A DNA stretch of 64,000 nt from Paecilomyces variotii (Eukaryota). Under the pieces are notes generated by a model. It was not told where the DNA came from, searched no databases, and saw only the letters and a list, made by a program, of their open reading frames with translations. The DNA lies in NCBI GenBank assembly GCA_004022145.1, contig RCNU01000010.1. One strand, written 5' to 3'. The translations under genes were made by a program, and so were the position numbers. Each line of letters begins with the position of its first letter. Positions within the stretch are counted from its first letter, which is position 1. Below, in pieces: positions 22,987-35,097 of the stretch.

Positions 22987-24092
22987 TGTCGTGGAAAGTT
23001 GACCTTAACGAGGGACCGGAACAGAAGGTAAGAAGAGGGTCCAGAACACCCAACACAGAATCACCATGGATGGAGAGGAAAGAAAAGAAAGTAAGAAAAA
23101 AAAGAAGAAGACACTCTTCCCTACAAGACCAAACAAAAACACGTAATATAACAGACGGCGACGCCGCGAGGGCGTTTTGGTATCTTCTTCCTCCTCAAGC
23201 TGGGGCGGCGTGTCTTGGCAGGTGTTTTAGAGCGGGCCGTCCGGCTTCGTTGCGACTCTTGGATGGTCAACTCTCGCCCCAGGAGTACGAATCTCTCCGC
23301 TGATCGTTCGGCTGTCTCCAGGGGCACTGGATGACTTGGTCTGTCTGTCAATCAGGTACGAGAGTATAATTAAATAAATATATTATATTATTGACTATAA
23401 CTAACTAACTAGTTATATGCCCGGTCCAGCCCCTGCAAGTGCAACGCCATGACAGTCCCCCATCTTCGCCCGCTTTTTCCAACCTCGTTCTTCTCGCGTT
23501 CTGTGGTGGAGTGATGCTTCGACCCCAGAGATCCTTATCTCCCGCCTGTGGAACTGCCTAGACGCCAAGAATGCTCCGACTGATCCCCGCGTCGTCAGAC
23601 AGGGGGAAAGTTGAGAACAACAGACAATAATACCACCGTAACATGGGGTCATCATTGAACTGTTTCCAGCTGCGCTCTTTGAATCCATCATTTCCAACCA
23701 GAGAAGATAGCGGTGGCGAGAATATGTCTACCAAGTTCCAACACCTTTTCGCCGTTCTGGCCAGTAATATCTCCGTGAGATGTACTGGATGTGATATTCT
23801 CCGAATAAGGAAGGCCATTGACATCTAGAACATGGCCAGTCTCCCCGTAGACATGAAAAGGAGCGCTATCTGGAGTATTGCCTCCCTGTGGCGTTGTCAT
23901 ACGTTATCCGTCTTCTCTGGTCTATCCTAGTGTCGTAGCTCTCAGACGATGCATCTTACGGCCTAGCGAGCATATGCCCGGGGATAGTACCACGCAACGA
24001 TTATCAATAACAACGATGGACGTCTAAATAAAAAACCCATCGACAGTCTATAAAGTTATCTAGAGTATCGCCCCTCTTCAGCCTTATCGAGA

Positions 24093-24595
24093 TCACGTCA
24101 AGTCCAAGATCTCCAATCGGAATCTACCGAGAGAGCACGCCATACCGAGAGAGCACGCCATAAGGGCCCGAACAAAAGCTGTCCAATTAGCATCCCCATT
24201 GATCCTAACTGACATTATCTTAGTGTAAATATACTGTACTATTGTTATTGCGGCATATTCCCTAGCTAGAACGCGGGGTGTCTGGCCGCCCCCATTATAA
24301 ATAAGACGTACTTCTAGCTCGAAAGTCCGTCGATATATCGTGCCATTCGCTGTATCGAGTTGGACAACCGGCCCTGTAAACCGGTACTGTGAAGACAGAC
24401 TGAGATTCATTGCATCGTCAAGAATATTCTCGATCCGAATGACAGTTGCACAGGGCGTGCTTCAATACTGAATTAGAGCCAATTAGCGAAGAAACAAGTC
24501 AGAAATAGAAACAGAGGACGAACCACACGCCGGAGAGAGCCATTGTTGAAAGGTCTCTAGCTGGCAAGAACCTATCTTGCCCTTAGGGGCACAAC
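24093..24595 (-). pseudogene. Decayed 3' exons of the preceding orphan gene, resembling a retropepsin-like (clan AA) domain
   Basis: Phase-consistent introns 24640-24596 and 24528-24468 lead into ORF 24093-24410 (VQLDTANGTIYRRTFELEVRL), with in-frame stops at 24585-24583 (TAA) and 24464-24462 (TGA). Confidence 0.45.
24125..24160. repeat. Perfect 18-bp tandem duplication TACCGAGAGAGCACGCCA x2
   Basis: Directly visible; appears as MACSLG x2 in the ORF track. Confidence 0.95.
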
Positions 24596-24636
24596 CTGCA
24601 AACTATCTTAGTGTCGATGCTCAGAAACGATGAGTC

Positions 24637-25265
24637 TCACATAGTTACGTCCTCAACCCATGGCTGACTTTCCCCATATGCCTCAGACCATGCCTGTCGT
24701 TCAGACCTGATCTTGTCCCAGAGTCCTTCGCGAACACAAGGGCCAAGTACCATCCTTCCTGCGAACCAAACCGTTACTTTATCTGTATCCACCTTGAGCT
24801 CTCCGCGTCGATATGCGTCCAGTACAGCGCTTATGTTTCTCATATCTTCCTCAGGCATAAGCCCCGGTAAAGCCGGAGCCGGAGAGCCGTTGCGGTATGC
24901 GTATCTTAAGACCCCAATCCTCCATATAACATCAGGATCTAGATTCTTGGGTACATCTGGATAGAAGCTAAACCCAAAGTTAATACATTTCAGATCATAC
25001 TTAAAGAAGAGTCACTTACGGTGCTTGTGGTGGAATTATATGATCGATCTGATCCAGGGTCTGCCTGCAGATATCGGTATTAATTCCACGATGTATCGAT
25101 TCCTCTAACCCTGCTATTGTCTGAGCACGGTGCCTAATATATAGTCAGTCTGGCATATTCACTTTTTCAGTCGAAAACAAGACCATACAGGGTAAAATCT
25201 CTGTCGAGAATGGCCCTTTCGACTTCGATCTTCGGATACCGTTCCAACATCTCATCTATGCTCAT
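24637..25265 (-). CDS. Orphan 3-exon hypothetical protein (~173 aa; exons 25265-25189, 25133-25020, 24967-24637); probably the 5' part of a decaying longer gene
   Basis: Two canonical introns (GTATGG..CTGAC..TAG; GTAAGT..TTAAC..TAG) join three exons in one open frame ending ..QPWVEDVTM. An alternative ATG lies at 25280. Confidence 0.65.
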
Positions 25266-26012
25266 GGTGCTGCCTTCCATCGGTCGAGTGCTGATGGAGA
25301 TACACTTCCGGTAAAAATCAAGTGTCCGCGGAAGAGGTGAGGTGAGGTGAGAGGGGAGCAATCGAGGACCCGGGAAAGTTGTCAGCGCACAAAGCGAACG
25401 CCAGGTGATCTGTTAATTCATCCGTTTGCAGCAGGTTCTCTGGATCTTAATTATAAGATAGAACCTGCTAGATCACTTGATTACTACCTAGGTAGATCCT
25501 TTGTATAGGTACCTATAGAGATAAATATGGGTTCAGATCCCACCCTAGAACTAGAAGCGAGCAAGGAATGCAAGAGGGTTCAAATCAGACTATGCTCCCG
25601 TGCTATTCACTATTCGACACAAGTTAAGTCTCTGTCGTTGCTGCCTAATTGTTATTAGAGTCGTGGCTGGGAAGGTAATAATATAGAAAGGCAAGCATTC
25701 AGCCCCTCCGACAGCCTAAAGTTGACGGTATCAACCCCTCAAGATTATGTGGTCATCGTCGCAATGGTCAGGAACGTCACCCTTATCATTACAGCCAAAC
25801 TGGCGTCATTATGTCTATAATGAACATAGACTGGGTATAAAGATAGTCGCAGTTTACAGTAGAATAATCCTTTTCCCTTTTTTTGACAGTTACCGGCGCG
25901 GCTTCCTCATCAGGAACTATATATTCGAATACTTCAGGCGAGACAAAAACTCTTTGGATAATAGGAAGCTCTTTTCCATAACGCTATACAACAGCACTGC
26001 TCTAATATAAAG

Positions 26013-27289
26013 ATGCATCTGTCTGAGGATTCCGACTACATCCCAGTAGAGATGCAGTGGGATACGCAAGACAGCACCAAGGGCGAGCCGACTGAGGACG
26101 ATTTATCTCAGGATCTCGATAAACTGGGGATCGACAAGGAGAAAGAAGCGACCAGCAACAACATTGAAGCTGAAGGGCAGGATGCGGCATGGGAAAACCC
26201 CGTCTCTCTGGCCGACACGACTATTGATCATGGTGACGAAGTTGCTCGGGAGCTCATCGAGATAGACCCTGAAGGAGACGCTGCCCTTCGTGTAGAGTCC
26301 AAGGACCTTATTGTATCATCAAAGATCCTAAGCATGACATCTACTGTGTTCAATGAAATGATGAGGAAAGATGACACTGAAACCGCTGATTTGGGCGCAC
26401 TCCTGATTCTGCGCTTGGAGGGTGATGATCCTAGAGCTTTGACTCTGCTGTGCCAACTTTTGCACTACAGATTCGATGCTGTCGAGTCCCAGCCGAATCT
26501 GGATCTGTTACTGGAGTTTATAAATCTGGCCAACAAATATAAGTGTATACCGTCAGTTCAGCTCCAGGCATCCCACTGGCTTCGTGGTGAGGCCAAATCC
26601 CCGTGGCTTACCCGTGAAGAGACGAAGAAAATGTGCCGTGCGGCATTTCTATTGGGAGATGGAGAAGAATGCCGCAAAATCATGGAGTCTTTCACAGCAG
26701 ATGAACTTGAAGAAATGCTGATAGACTCTGATCTTCCTGCGGAACTGATAGGTATGTATCCCAAATCGTATGAATGTGCAACTGCCAGACGGAAGCTTTA
26801 CTGCATATGCATCTAAGTTCCTTTTTATGATCATTACCTGACACAGCTACAGTCGAAATATTCTCTCTTCGACGCAGAAATTTCGGGAGCTATCTCGCCG
26901 CAATCGAGAATGCCATCCTCTATGTGCAGCGGGAGAGTAAAAGGAGGAGATGGTCAAGTCAAAAAATCTGCAGCTCCTGTCGGATGCTCAAGCCTCGACA
27001 AACAAGAGTGTGCGGTTCGTGCAGAGGGCGCGAATTCGAAGAATTCGACTGCACGAGCGCTTCGCAATTAGCCGCATTCATGAAGATCCTCGTATCGTGT
27101 GGTGTATGGCCGTTGAATGAGCGATTTAACGAGGCCACTGCCAAGATCAATGGTATACTTAAAGATGGGACTGATGAGCTTTATAGACAGGGGAACACCA
27201 TGCACGATTGTGATTACGGGACGGACTGCGTTGTCCATACGGCCCTATCACGGTTGATACTAGATCTGAGGGCCATACAAGGTGCCTAA
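26013..27289 (+). CDS. BTB/POZ-domain protein with C-terminal CxxC-x10-CxxC motif; intron ~26752-26852
   Basis: IDPEGDAALRV..LIVSSKILSMTSTVFNEMM..LEGDDPRALTLLCQLLHY..LANKYKC fungal BTB signature; GTATGT..CTGAC..CAG intron joins ORF 26924-27289 in frame. Confidence 0.8.
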
Positions 27290-27696
27290 GTGGATGATGC
27301 AAGGCGCGAGAAGAAGTCCCTCATATGGCCACGAGCGCGGCAGTATGCTCCTGATAATCGAATATCATTGCTACTAAGGACTTATTTTATTGATTCATCC
27401 AAAGGAGTAAAAGAGGAAGGAAACTGTAATTGCAAGTAGAACTCCTAACCACAGCCGATATTCGGTACAGTAGTTGGAAGTAGTTAGTTACGGAGTAGTT
27501 GAAACCGTGCACATAGGTACTTGAGCGCACGAGCCTCACCGCCTTCGGAGTTTCCTACCAACGGCCATCTATCTACTCAAGCATACATACAACTGCATGA
27601 AAACGACAGTATAGCAATACCATCAGTAGAGACAGTGACGATTCCTCTTTCTCTTGTAGCCACATATTTCATCACATATATACAAATCAATCTCAA

Positions 27697-28353
27697 ATGC
27701 GTTCTTCTCTCCGTCTCCTTGCTGCTATCTCGCGCAGCCAACCATCGAAATCAAAGAAGCCCGCTCTTGGTCTCGAGCATGTAAGTACCTAGCCACTATG
27801 ATCGAAATCAAAGTAATTTGATATACTCACAAGATGCTAAATTTTCAAATACAGTTCCTACAAAGACAACGTGTTCTTGCTTTATGGAGGGAAATCGTCA
27901 GAGCTCTGAATCGTAAGTATCATGTTCATTGCCGTCCTTCTTTTTCTTACCCTTCTTCCTATTTCATCCTGGAGTCAACGTTGGATGCGATTATTTCCGC
28001 GATGAGCTAGCTACTTGTATATCAACTAATTTCAACAACCAGAGGTTCCCAAGTCGCCAACACGCGATGAACTGCGCGCCTACGCACGACAAGAATTCGA
28101 ACGAAACAGAAATGTTGAAGATTTGGTAAATCTCAGTTCCTTCCTGGATTGTTCCTTTGTGTATGTGAATTCTTTTCAAGATGCAGGACTGACGTGTTTT
28201 ATGATGAAAAGTCACATATTCGATATTTGGTTTCTGTAAGTTATTCTTCTTCTCTGGGACGTGTGGTTAATGGGATTTGCTTATGATGACTAGACGGGGA
28301 AAGCGGAGTTCGATACCATGAAGAGATATATTGATGAGCAGGCTGCGCGGTAG
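27697..28353 (+). CDS. Mitochondrial LYR-motif protein (LYRM2-like), 102 aa, 5 exons: 27697-27780, 27855-27912, 28043-28125, 28212-28235, 28294-28353
   Basis: Hand-spliced protein MRSSLRLLAAISRSQPSKSKKPALGLEHFLQRQRVLALWREIVRALNQVPKSPTRDELRAYARQEFERNRNVEDLSHIRYLVSTGKAEFDTMKRYIDEQAAR; all introns GT-AG; absent from the ORF track. Confidence 0.9.
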
Positions 28354-28651
28354 GGATTGTCTTCTTGATGAAAGGGGTTGGGGATCTTTCCTCGGCGGTT
28401 GGTTTCTGATTTTGATTGCTGGTTGATGTTCTTCACCCAGGGCTTTTTGGTGCATGATGATTTATAAGAGACCGGACGACCAAAAAAAAAGGTCCAACAT
28501 GAAAATATGGGGGGAATGCTCTTTTTGAAATATTTTTTTTCTTATGCCCGGGAATCAAGGAATATATGTGCAATACAATACATCATAATAAAGCGGAGAT
28601 AGACTGATATAAAAATTCGGCCACCTTCCTTATCCTCTTTGCTCGCCCCCC

Positions 28652-29420
28652 TCATCTGCCTCCAGAAATCAAAGACCTCACTGCATCCAGCACACCTCCA
28701 CCCTTCTTCTCATCCGAGGACTCAACAGCCGCCCTGTTCGTGTCCTGCGGTGGAGACGCCGGCTGCGGCTGCGCGGACTTCTTCTCAGCTTCCTTTGCAG
28801 CAGCCTCGATGGCCGCATGGCGCTCTCTCCAATCTCTATCCTCCTTGTCTCTGACCTCCAGCTCGCGCAACCACGCATCCCGTTTCTCCTGCCGCTTGCG
28901 TTCATCGAGCACCTTCTCGAACTCCTTCCGCTGTTCACGCTCGGTCTTATAGTACATTCCACCAGCGACGACTGCGAGAAGCGTAAAGAACTGGGCGTAG
29001 ATACGCGCTCGGAACATCCGGTTCATCTCGACGGAATCACGGGCCCTCATCGATTTGTACGCGCGGTAAAGGGCATAACTGGTGGCACCGCATCCTATAG
29101 GATTATACGAAAAATAAGTCCGAATCCATCAATGATACCACTCTGGAAGTTCCTTTTTATTCCACCCGTTCCGGAATGGCCAGAACCGTAAGAACCAGGA
29201 CAAAGAAGTGACCAGACATACCTAGCGGAATAAGAGGCTCTTCCTTAAGACGTCTCTTGAACTTCTGAGCCGATGTCTCCTCCTTGAATTCCCTAAGAAA
29301 AAAGAATCCCCAATCAGCCCTTTTTCCATTCCATCGAACATTTCGGAAGGATTCCGCGAATTCAAGCTATGGGTAAACGTACATCTGGTCAAACGACGAC
29401 GGGAGAGGGTTGTCGCTCAT
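28652..29420 (-). CDS. RCF1: Respiratory supercomplex factor 1 (HIG1 domain); introns 29382-29293, 29221-29095
   Basis: [73 protein letters not shown]. Confidence 0.93.
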
Positions 29421-30005
29421 CTTGGGTATCGATTACCAGGGTTTCTGGTTTATGTAGGGAGAATATGCGAATTCCAGGTTCAGTTGACCTGCAGAGGGGC
29501 TCAATTGGTAGTAGTTTGACTCCGGTTGAGTCCGTGGAGTCGTGCGGGATTTCGTCGTCGGCGAGGTCCTCAAGCTCCGATGCGCGAACAGTCGCTCTGC
29601 GCTGAAGGGTAAACGCTCAGTATAGAATGGGAGAATTAATGGACAGGCAAATGTCGCTTGCCCTCGTTTCGAGCGGTGATGGTAACTTCAGTCACGATAA
29701 GCAAGCAAATGCCTCTCGGCATGACGTTCGGGCGAGAGACGGATGCCAAGGACTTTGCTGTTTTACAATACGAAAAATACACGACAGAGACGGATTTTGC
29801 AGGTATGTAGTATTGCCTGATTTTTACATTGTGGACTTGTACATTAACAGTCAATAATTGACAATCGTATAACTACAGATGCTATAGGGCTAATTGAGTC
29901 CTGGTAAATTGGGTTACTCGTGGTCTGGTGATACATTGTTTATAGTATTGACCTGGTATCTCTGTGTACGTAGTACTACGTACTGGGACGTATATAGGCG
30001 GCTAC

Positions 30006-32184
30006 CTACGAGCTGGAATATGGCGGACCTCGTGTATCGCCGCCCATGAGTTCTGTTATGATATGAAGACGGTCACGGGCATCGCTGACCTCTTCTTCCC
30101 AGAATCGTAGCATATCCATTGCACTCTTCACAGCCTCCTGCCATCCCTCAGGCATAAGATCCTGTGCTTCGCGACTGTGAGATGCTGCAAGAAGGATTAG
30201 GGCGCTCCGTGTGCAGGAACGAAGCATGAGCCACGTGCCATGATGGCGGTGGTTGAAGCCCGGCTGGTTTTTGCGAATTCTGTCTACAGACATCTGCAAG
30301 CCTTTCCGCGCGTATTCATCGACGGACGGATCACGTTGACCGTGATTGATCGTTTCCGCCATGAAGGGAAAGTACATCCATTCGTAACAATCCAGCAGAT
30401 GGCCACGGAGGACGAATTTGAGCATGTCATCATCCTTCTCCGGCGTTGCTAATGAAAACATTTGAGGAAGTGAAGCCATCCTAGAATTCTTGGTAAGCGG
30501 ATTGCCATCGAGTCAAAGTCAAGAAATTCTGGTACTTACCAGTCAGCCGCCTGCGACTCGAAGGCGGCAGTGGAATCAACCATCTGCTTAATGCGGAAGA
30601 ACCTGCCTTCCTCTTGATTTCTAAACAAGTGATGTAGAATCCGGTTGGCCAACCTTCTTAATGCAATCTCCGCTAGATAATAGTACCAAGCCCGAGCTGC
30701 ACCCTGTTCCAGATGCTCAGATGGAGGGCTTGGGAAAGACGTGGGATAAGAAAGATCCTGCAACCCAAAGCCCGGTAGGGACAATTCTATACGAACTTCC
30801 CTAACCACGTGATGTCAGTTCCTCCTATGTGAGATTAAGGACCTCGTGAACCTACAGTTCCGATTTCAAACACGTCCAGTACATGCTTTCCTGCGACGCC
30901 CGTTCGCGTCTAGCTTCAGGGCTGGTCATTGCCTCAGGGCTCAAAGGCTTCCGTGGAAAGTCGAATCCCTGGGAAGTCGCTGCTGCTTGAACAAAAAACC
31001 TCCATGCCTTCATTGGCTGCTGAAGAGTCATCAAATATACACCGGCGTAGAAGAAGCACTGTGCCTCGAGCACGCCTCCCTTATGCATAAGGCAGCCCAT
31101 TCGTTTTTCTGCTGCCTCAAAGTACGAATTCGCAAGGACAAAGGCTGGCGAAGTTCTCGCCAGAATCGATTTGGCCTCATACCGACCCTGGAAGGCTTCT
31201 GCTATGGAACCAAGGGCGCATAACAAGAGCTTGACAATAAGGATATGTTAAAAAGTCTCTTCCAGACATGATGTGGCAGTGATGAGGCATTATCAGTACT
31301 TACCACGAGACAGGATGGCGTATCCCAGCCGATTCCGCTCACGCACGCTTGATGGACAAAACGACGGACTAGAGGAACATCTAGAATGGGATTTGCGATG
31401 TGAACTCGCTCCAGAAAGCTATCGAGCAATCGATTACAGCCTCCTAGATCGAGATTTTCCACGAAGGGACCAGGATCTACCGCCAGGGACCTGCCGTGCG
31501 CGGCTGAAGGATCCGATCGATTGAGTAGAGCTTTCAAGTCCAGACGAGAGTCAAATCTGTTGCGGAAAACTGGCCATGAGAGGACCGTTTCGATGGTAAC
31601 CATGCTAAAGTCTGGACCGTAGGACAAGTTGGACACAGGTGATCCATACTCGATGGGAGAAGTCTCCTGCTCGAGCGCTGCGGCTCTGTTCAACTCCTCT
31701 TCCCCCGGTTTGGTGCGTATCAACTGCTCTAGTCGGTCCAGCTTCTCTAGAATCGCCAAACTCGCCGGATCAAACCTGTACGGCGGAGATCAGCCTTGGT
31801 CTCAATGGACGAGAGCCTCTGAAAGGGCCAGCTGCAAGCGTGGGAGATGGCATACGATGACAGATCCGTCGGGCTCGTTATACACTTGGCGCCTACTTTC
31901 TCGCAGAACGAACACGAAGGCTTCTTGTTGTCGCATTTCGTCCGACGGGCTCTGCAGACCTGACAGGCCTTGTTGGCACGCTTGCGAGGATAAGCGGCCG
32001 TCCCACGTGGAGCAGGGCGTTTCCTCGAGGCCGTCGCATGGCTGCTGCTATTATCATCATTGTGATTCTCCTGGCTGCTGTCCCGTCTTAGATCCTCCGG
32101 GAGATTCTGCGGGGTTGGCAGCGCACCGAGCGACGGGAACTCGGGCTCCACAGCATGAAGAAGATGCTGCAAAGAATCGTTCAT
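30006..32184 (-). CDS. Zn(II)2Cys6 transcription factor with fungal middle-homology region; multi-intron
   Basis: CQVCRARRTKCDNKKPSCSFCEKVGAKC; intron 31855-31776 gives SFDPASLAILEKL; downstream ORFs 31202-31759, 30852-31226, 30536-30808, 30006-30479 carry VHIANPILD, YWTCLKSEL, WYYYLAEIALRRL, HRHHGTW motifs. Confidence 0.88.
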
Positions 32185-32831
32185 GAAGCTCGTCGGATAA
32201 TTGGGGTCAACGGTAGGGCTGATGAGATCCAACCTCTGGGGAGCATTGGGGAAGGGCGCGGAGTATCGCTCCTGGTCCGTTCGGGGCGAGGGGAAGAGAG
32301 AGAAAAACCTGGGGGCGATATGGACGAAGGGTCGCACAGGGCTACGGGGGTTGAGTACGCATCCCCAGAGTGTCCAGACCGCAGCTAAAGGCAACTAATT
32401 TTTTAAACAACAGCTGCCCGGTGGTCCGTTCTCGCCTGGGCTTGCCTGGCACCAGCTTAGGCTCTGTAAGTGCCGGGAAGGGAGAAAAACTATCACGGAG
32501 TATCCGCAGTTCCTGGTTGTGTTCATGTCGCTAGCCTTGGACCCTGCTCCTGGCACCTGTTCCAGATCCCCTGAACTTGATGGAGTGCCATGAGTGTGCT
32601 CAGAGACTACTACTACTGAATGTCCACTGCGCATTATTAACCATATCACACTCATCTGCTGCGGGCTGCGAAGCTCTCTGTGGAAGTTCCGACCATCATC
32701 CGTGAGGATGGTTACTTCCGCCGTCTACACTTCACTTTGAGGCAGACTGCCCAGGAGCAGGACTATTCCTGTCTTTTGCGCTCTGGAACTGTGTGAATCT
32801 TTCACCAGCGATACGATATCGGCAACTGACG

Positions 32832-34685
32832 ATGAGGTTCATTTCGGGGCAGAAGCCCCAAAACGCGATCGTCGAAACGCGCCAGGAGATCCCCATCGAT
32901 CAGCTCTCCGGCAAAGAAGCTGTGGCCGACAATAACGAAGAGGAACGTCAACTGTCGCTCTGGTATGTGCTTCTACATCATAAAGCACTCGTCTGGTGGT
33001 GTTTCTTCTTCGCTGTAAGCGCGATCGGATGGTATGTACTATTCTGCTCTGATCCCTTCTACATTTGCCGGATCAGCGAACGCGTCAACCGCGTGGCAAT
33101 TCTGCGCTATCGCTGTTTTTACACGATTCTTGGTTTTATGCAGGGCTGAGGACCGTTCAGGGGCTTCGATGCACAGGTGAATAGCGCCGTTATCTCGGTG
33201 CCCGCATTCCGCACACAGTTCGGTTATCTGCACCATGGCAAGCAGATAATCCCTGCGCCATGGGTGAGCGCGTTCAACATGATCTCCTCCATCGGCCAAT
33301 TCTTTGGCGGCTTCCTCTGCAGCAGCGTCGTGGACCGTATCGGCCGACGGCGGGGGCTAGCGATCGGCATGGTCATCTCGTGTGGAGGCATCCTGGGCGA
33401 GGTCTTCTCCACTCATCGTGTCGCCTTTCTCGTCAGCAAATGGATTGTAGGCGTCGGTCTTGGCTTCTACTTGACCATCGGCCCGCTGTACTGCTCCGAG
33501 GTACGATTGTCCCAGCCGGGCTTGTCATGTCAAGCTACTACTATCATCTCCATCTCGTCTATGACTATATAATTGCCCATGGCTGACTGGACGTAGGTCT
33601 CACCCGTCGTCCTGCGTGGCATTACCACTGCAGGGGTGAATCTGGGCATCGTTGTCGGTCAATTGTTATCGAATGCTGCCATTAGAGGCTTTGGCTGTCG
33701 GGACGATAGTTGGGCCTACCGGGGCCCCTTTGCCATTCAGCTGTTCTTCATTGGTATGTTTCATCATGATGTCCTGACTGGTAAGACAATGAGACTGACG
33801 GGACGGTACCAAGCTTTCTTTGTTTTTGGTCTTCCGTTCTCTGTAGAATCGCCATGGTATCTGGTGCGTCGCAACGATATCGACGGTGCTCGCCGCGCAT
33901 TGCAAAGGCTATATGGCAAAAACACAGATGTCGAGACTAAGCTGAAGGCCATGCTGAGCAGCACTGCTGATGAAGCGACTCTCCAGAAACCGAGATGGGT
34001 GGACTGTTTTCGTGGCACTGACTGTCTCAGGACCTTCATTTCCATTGGGGTCTTTATCTGCCAGCAACTCAGCGGCATTATCTTCGTTATGGGGTTTTCG
34101 ACGTATCTATTCCAGCTTGCTGGCGTGGCGGTGTACAGCTCTTTTGATTTGGGAATCGGGGTCACTGCCTGCGGCGTGATGGGAACCATTGTCTCCTGGT
34201 TCGTGGTCAACTCCTGTGGGAGGCGAAAAATCTTCCTAGCCGGGATGGTGGGACTTACGGTATGTCTCCTCTTGATCGGAATATTGGATGTGGTCCCCAC
34301 GCGGGCAGCGGGTTGGATGCAGGCATCTTTTACGGTCGTCTACGCGCTCATATACCAAGCCACCATTGGATCAGTTGCATTCGTGCTTCTTGGTGAAGTC
34401 TCATCCACGAGACTACGAGCGAAGACTACCGCTCTTGCTACAGCGACACAGTCCGCTTTCGGAATTGCGATGAACGTTGCTGTTCCATATATGGTCAATC
34501 CCGATGCGGGGAATATGAATGGGAAGGTAGGGTTTGTCTTTGGGGGTCTGGCGCTGGCATGCACAGTCGTTTCTTACTTCTACATACCGGAGTTAAAGGG
34601 GCGCACCTTCGACGAAATCGATACACTGTTTGTCAACCGTGTTTCGCCGAGAAGGATGGGTCATTATCTGATCAACCACTACTGA
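32832..34685 (+). CDS. MFS sugar porter (maltose/alpha-glucoside permease-like), ~522 aa; introns 33032-33160, 33501-33596, 33754-33813
   Basis: WGFDAQVN, DRIGRR, YCSEVSP..LRG, ESPWYLVR, QQLSG, GRRKI, GEVSSTRLRAKT, PELKGRTFDEIDTLF motifs. Start codon is approximate. Confidence 0.88.
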
Positions 34686-34915
34686 TTGTACTACTTCTTA
34701 TGACATAGATTCAGGGCCGTGTATCTTTACTACATGGATTTTAATAACTAATCCTCTAAACCAATGAAAGAGTGTGGTTTCCTCAAGAATGATCCTGACA
34801 TATTCTACTGTAGTTAGAACAACAGGAAAAGTGATTGATGCATATAAGATACCGTATACTGGTACACTGATAGTCGCGACCGAAAAAGGAAATCAGGGCT
34901 TTGTGTTAGGGTTGA

Positions 34916-34922
34916 TGACTCA
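34916..34922. promoter_or_regulatory. Gcn4/CpcA recognition element TGACTCA upstream of ILV1
   Basis: ATGACTCA about 180 bp upstream of the ILV1 ATG; amino-acid biosynthesis genes are typical CpcA/Gcn4 targets. Confidence 0.55.
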
Positions 34923-35097
34923 GGATGATCCCCCTCCCGCTTTTCGGCGGCCGTCATTTTTCGTGTAACGATGGCGCTGACGGACAAAAAAGTTGAGGCC
35001 AAGTCTTAAAGAATCGATATTCCTTCCGGCCTCGACCGCGATATCCCATTTCTGTTCTTAGAATTGTGTTTGGTCGTTTCATTTGTTTTTAGAGATA

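Noticed and set aside
23121-23900. Short ORFs upstream of the ASST gene
   Set aside because: The ASST start with signal peptide is at 22986; these frames show no recognisable family.
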